Part shown: positions 61,901-64,000 of the stretch, in pieces
How positions within the stretch are numbered: position 1 is the first letter of the stretch
Layout of the letters: the number at the start of each line of letters is the position of its first letter
Assembly: GCA_022784465.1 (NCBI GenBank)
Contig: JALFUR010000008.1
Location: 3,349-67,348, forward strand
Source: Christensenella sp.
GTDB taxonomy: Bacteria; Bacillota; Clostridia; Christensenellales; UBA3700
Direction: 5' to 3'
DNA length: 64,000 bases
The notes under the pieces: model-generated
Seen by the model: the letters and a program-made list of their open reading frames with translations, nothing else
What the model was told of the DNA's origin: nothing
The model's database searches: none
Made by a program: the position numbers and the translations under genes

Positions 61901-64000
61901 TCTAAATATAAATCAGGTAACTTAATATTTAATAATCTTAAATTAGATAATTCTATATATACATTATTACCAACACCATATAAACCTAAAATAGTTGTAT
62001 TCTTCTTGAATAATACTTCGTCTCCAATACAAATATCTTGATCATTTGTAGCTATTTCAAGAATTAAGTAGCTCTTTGTAGGATCTTCTTTATTCAAAGC
62101 GATTCCTATATTTAAAGATACGTCCATCTTGAAATCTGCAGTAAAGTTCCATAATAATTGTTTATCTGCAAGTGCTGTTAATCCAAACATTGAAATAAGT
62201 GGAGCAAGATTGTAGCATCCTTGAGAGAAATCAACAGTCAAGTTCATACTTAAATATGTTCCAGACAAAATATTAGTTAATAATTTTGAAACAGAATCAA
62301 CATAGTCCTTTTCTACTATTTGATAATATGTTGTTTCAGGATCGTATTCTACTTTTCCTTCTCCTGTTCCTAATTCAACTTTTGTATATTCTTTTGTTGT
62401 ATTGTTATAAGTATAGAAAGTACCTGTTGTCTTATTAGACAATCCAGTAGCAACTTTACGCTCATGCGTTCTATACAAAATATATCCTTCTAAGTTAGTT
62501 TCTGCACCATATACTCCGTTATAAGAAGTTCCACCTAATTCAGGATTAAACTTATCTAAATGCTCAGAATTATAGCACAACATAAAGCTATGTAGAGAAA
62601 TACCTACACTTAGGCCTTCAACAGGTATACTTGTTTTTACAAACTCACCTTCATCGTGACCATAACCAATAACCCATTCGTTGTTATATACAAACGCATA
62701 TTGTTTACCCTTTGAGTTTTTTGGAGCGTTTTCTGGTAGAATTCCTGTTGCAATTGAATCAGCTTTATATACATAAATAGACTCATTATCATAACCTATT
62801 AATACTTCTTCAGTATATAAGTTATCTAAATAATATTTATCTCCTTGTACATAAACTATACAATAATTATCTATAGAATCCTCAGGTGTTAAAACAAGTT
62901 CGCTGGTCATTTCTTTTGTTGTATAAATAGTTGTTCCATTTGAGTAAACAACACTCTTATAAGAAGCTTTTTGACCAACATACCAATAACCATCTTCGCC
63001 GATAAATCCATCTCTAGAATCAACAGCAGCAGAGATATCTATAGATTCAAATCCATCTTCAGAGAAGTTCAAATCTACTCTTGCAATCATGCCATCTGGC
63101 CAAGTAAAGCCTAAATCTCCAGCCAAACTTGTTAATGCTTTCCAGAATATTGCATTTATAGATAATACAATTGCCGTTTGATCATCGTTAGTTCCAAACA
63201 AATCGCCAAAACCAACAATAGAACCAATTGACTTTAATAGAGTAATAACATTTGTAGAAACTTGGTAGTTACCAAATTCATCATATGCTAAAGCAACGCA
63301 TTCTACTGAATCATAAATTTCAATTTCTTCCTCAGTTAATTCTTCGTTTGCTGAAGAAAGAACAGATTCTTCTTGGTTTACTCTTTGACTTCTTAAGTCA
63401 GCCCAGTTAACCCAATCTGCCATTCCTAAAGTCTCCTTAAATAATTTATCAAGAGCATTAGTAACTAGGTTTGTAACATACTGAACTATACTTGGAATGC
63501 CATCTAGATTAATCTTGATGTTGCTTCCTGCATAATATCTATCAAGCAAATGATCTACGTTAACATATAATCCACCATCCATATAGTAAGCACCAATAAG
63601 TGGTGTAGTATCAACGTATTCACGAGTTACAGCATCAATTAAATACAACTCTAACATCAATAAGTTGTTATCAACTAATTTTTCCTCTCCATTTTCTGTA
63701 ACATATGTTTCATTGCCATAATTTAAATCAAAATCAATTGCCGCTTCAAGTCTTAATCCTGTTGAAGCGTTCATTACTAAAACATTTTCTGGTAGTATTT
63801 GTTGAGCCATAATTGAATTAATTGCAGCTCCTAGGTCTACTGCCTCACCTGTATCTATAACTAAATCTAAAGAAAGAGCAATATTTGTAAGACTAAAAGG
63901 TTCGAAATCTATATTATCATAGACTCTTTGTGGGATACCGATATCAAGTTTTGCTGTTTGATAGCTACGATCCATATTAACAGCACAACGTAGAATTTCT
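55933..64000 (-). CDS. Giant (>2688 aa) repetitive cell-envelope protein, 5' end outside the window
   Basis: Frame stays open upstream of ATG 63975 to the edge (..EILRCAVN-M) with no SD; repeated amphipathic beta modules, then Big_4-like repeats (PxxVxVxYxNG...MxVxW). Confidence 0.8.
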   Translation of the reverse strand, partial: EILRCAVNMDRSYQTAKLDIGIPQRVYDNIDFEPFSLTNIALSLDLVIDTGEAVDLGAAINSIMAQQILPENVLVMNASTGLRLEAAIDFDLNYGNETYVTENGEEKLVDNNLLMLELYLIDAVTREYVDTTPLIGAYYMDGGLYVNVDHLLDRYYAGSNIKINLDGIPSIVQYVTNLVTNALDKLFKETLGMADWVNWADLRSQRVNQEESVLSSANEELTEEEIEIYDSVECVALAYDEFGNYQVSTNVITLLKSIGSIVGFGDLFGTNDDQTAIVLSINAIFWKALTSLAGDLGFTWPDGMIARVDLNFSEDGFESIDISAAVDSRDGFIGEDGYWYVGQKASYKSVVYSNGTTIYTTKEMTSELVLTPEDSIDNYCIVYVQGDKYYLDNLYTEEVLIGYDNESIYVYKADSIATGILPENAPKNSKGKQYAFVYNNEWVIGYGHDEGEFVKTSIPVEGLSVGISLHSFMLCYNSEHLDKFNPELGGTSYNGVYGAETNLEGYILYRTHERKVATGLSNKTTGTFYTYNNTTKEYTKVELGTGEGKVEYDPETTYYQIVEKDYVDSVSKLLTNILSGTYLSMNLTVDFSQGCYNLAPLISMFGLTALADKQLLWNFTADFKMDVSLNIGIALNKEDPTKSYLILEIATNDQDICIGDEVLFKKNTTILGLYGVGNNVYIELSNLRLLNIKLPDLYLELDYTTLIYSLLGDKEIMDLTFDLAALLGINPPAESTPASAGEGEDPFASFDKAQALLINIDSNIVSVAVTVAAIQSLLGSFGIDLGIDLNEVMKLSVELVLNRTEGITLGINGALLPKWTKETGNYFDEDLSIMLQMGTDKAPVQIGDVSKLIAEHEVKFNTLAASTELFYDNIIDALLRVIGDLSLTLTLDATTVSSLWDINRIVDNIVVDQASSFAIPMQVNFDDWNTEVQLALQWYLDFNNFKNTQIKLELIYEGNLWIGLYIYQNSIIIDANGLGLFDFEIANSTIVAKLGVIMSNLLGSLGDLSLTSLVNGLVDSLLTPTEPASEIANADEIAPSDETAASDETASAGESQQEATSPIMDVLGMLLPAISANNTKISLALTSEMFDSIFQTLLGFDLHMDLSLSAAIDLLAGTIGASLNVEDAVFADITVALGVGERGAYKFEMNLDNIPDWNAVSGEFMVRSLLKNLDIGLFIDLNQYTSTSGEPLYTRIYIEKLKAKKALAKTNSTAAKDSILVTVAAIDQAEFNNTGSGSIDTWLYAELNYNDGKLYLNICKGFLPLKILGGISVDVGDVMGQLAIDLDLVTMLSGTIDGLLSSIDSMLDKFANPITGEPTTPEDEAQDIIDESAANTNVAVGEIKATEIISSNEFTRQTNVDNIGKYYFYGSNYYQIVESGSTATTQQLTVNTNFATFADLPQPSAALERIIYQTDAVTDETTGETTYSYYICLPVTRRVYGYYILTVQNGLSAMFGSLDFLSLFDMITLSLTSTGILNADITVNEYQINNLIDGLMYYIFGPETILNLQEMTKDNPSFQFSGNYLAQVFWDRINGGALFDDIYAIVDDILGDILKGLIGMDLSGLMGAITNLKSKLKSVINRLIPFAVTNETHLGLNLVSGQLTNIYLTCHDHNTAIYDPEGNPYTFYNGESTLSYNPAEKNRSDLYYTELHIFNTSPSVGNPDYVGHNGAVTWDGIPSTITYDPYSTSSLNPLQDVINTYFTNKEATYQENTNLYKSAISFRVKGFTKQGESTETPLDADVSSMSLSTPGTYRIVATAPFNGGANTKELTIKFVVRSGEKITSIKPLSMSVYEAMPPYITVVTADNVSRRFATDTLQFYTKSEINGELVIDTDLLTGLPAINHTYGYVCDTTEDGSWDEEVYVLFPNGAEERMTIHYFNSTVSDIIMAGAKDNVIEVDLYQFDTKSEDGTTTALSNYTPDRLYFYYENGYAGTMPVDLWDLGNAEELFYRLDSTKPEYYGSVEGATYKIKATIAKGTDVEQDIVITFNVKSKQVTSVSFGERINTLDVQPYEFYLYQSDMNKYANLNPYSDQVLVNYDNYSDYVYVKWNGISDAIDYSWNNNNDYSSTGVTVTLDPDQYPSGDLFTWTQPVTITMSRNEIIGVYFDEALTKSTLTINPYDYNNLANKHSYYPSTAYIKFTNGKVLEMPIAWKWNEIDAFDVVYTEDYNQFTIAIGYDISEYNKTGVIEPYSYLGATPFYQEFKINVHVDATAVKDVLLEGSVYSGGTYKIDPVTVNFQNGKPFPDSVSVIYENGVMGTMKVVKWEYDFEINMEPQKGLTAKCYLTNDLYFNIACEVLDRSASRMIIDTSEITAEAINPYSYNIAENGSLTYDVFTPYLNVGYVTSYIAKLEYEDGLTKKTAYSETVVSLSDLSALKTKLRTDETFGYNSVANTYTYNEKVCKLTIENSVTTYELPVYWDTTRLNLTSEGGMETVYFYFGYGTPFEIEQTVDVEFLPKVVDHIGDEGFFFQLMYGGTNLSEAEQRTGKALRNLKVYFTDGTSEFVECLVDLTTLRNGSTNYGYAAGSRNRTKFDYVAQEVDASTAGSFYIDGSYNSVTLRGNGVDYDAEAIYYSFEEYTGEGVPANGTYYVPHNEQFIEVELTGSNYSSSTTYYTRSVATVTATSSGTYYTYDPTGKTEVTLTGSGVLYNANTTYTKLVISNEMQATVTVAYGSGTLVQKQTITVYVM
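60851..60904. repeat. Degenerate 18-bp in-frame tandem repeat (about 3 copies) in an acidic linker
   Basis: gctgtctcatcagaagca / gctgtctcgtcagaaggt / gcgatttcatcagcattt, encoding ADEIAP-SDETAA-SDETAS. Confidence 0.65.

Noticed and set aside
63973-63975. ATG given as the start of the 2680 aa ORF
   Set aside because: The frame is open to the window edge with no SD or signal peptide, so the true start lies outside the window
44164-64000. Giant genes as a prophage tail, contractile system, polymorphic toxin or cellulosome locus
   Set aside because: No phage structural genes, integrase, RHS/YD repeats, toxin-immunity pair, cohesin/dockerin or sortase motifs recognised; composition looks like the rest of the window

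Overview
AT-rich (about 30% GC by eye) chromosomal segment from a low-GC Firmicute, probably an uncultured Clostridia lineage (inferred from gene order and protein families). Most genes are on the minus strand. Bases 1-43.5 kb are housekeeping and carbohydrate genes: pfkA (partial), dnaE, whiA, a PHP protein, murB, a complete glgB-C-D-A-P operon plus a GH13 enzyme, a sirtuin, an oligo-1,6-glucosidase, an ABC-F ATPase, a GH95 fucosidase, gap, an XRE-acyltransferase fusion with a membrane partner, an aminopeptidase, fba, a regulator plus potABCD, a DEAD-box helicase, an SDR, a BspA-like LRR protein with a GH28, and two flavoproteins. The last 20.4 kb hold a tightly packed operon of uncharacterised giant cell-envelope proteins. 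It contains a >2688 aa protein that runs off the window (tandem amphipathic beta-sheet modules plus Ig-like repeats), two ~1950 aa paralogous membrane-anchored GLUG/beta-helix + MBG proteins, and a small lipoprotein. This operon is the best candidate for an undescribed system. Also notable are at least five apparently leaderless genes, mostly from translation-related families, and several readable operator arrays. No rRNA, tRNA, CRISPR array or mobile element was seen. All family calls come from motif recognition, not from database searches.
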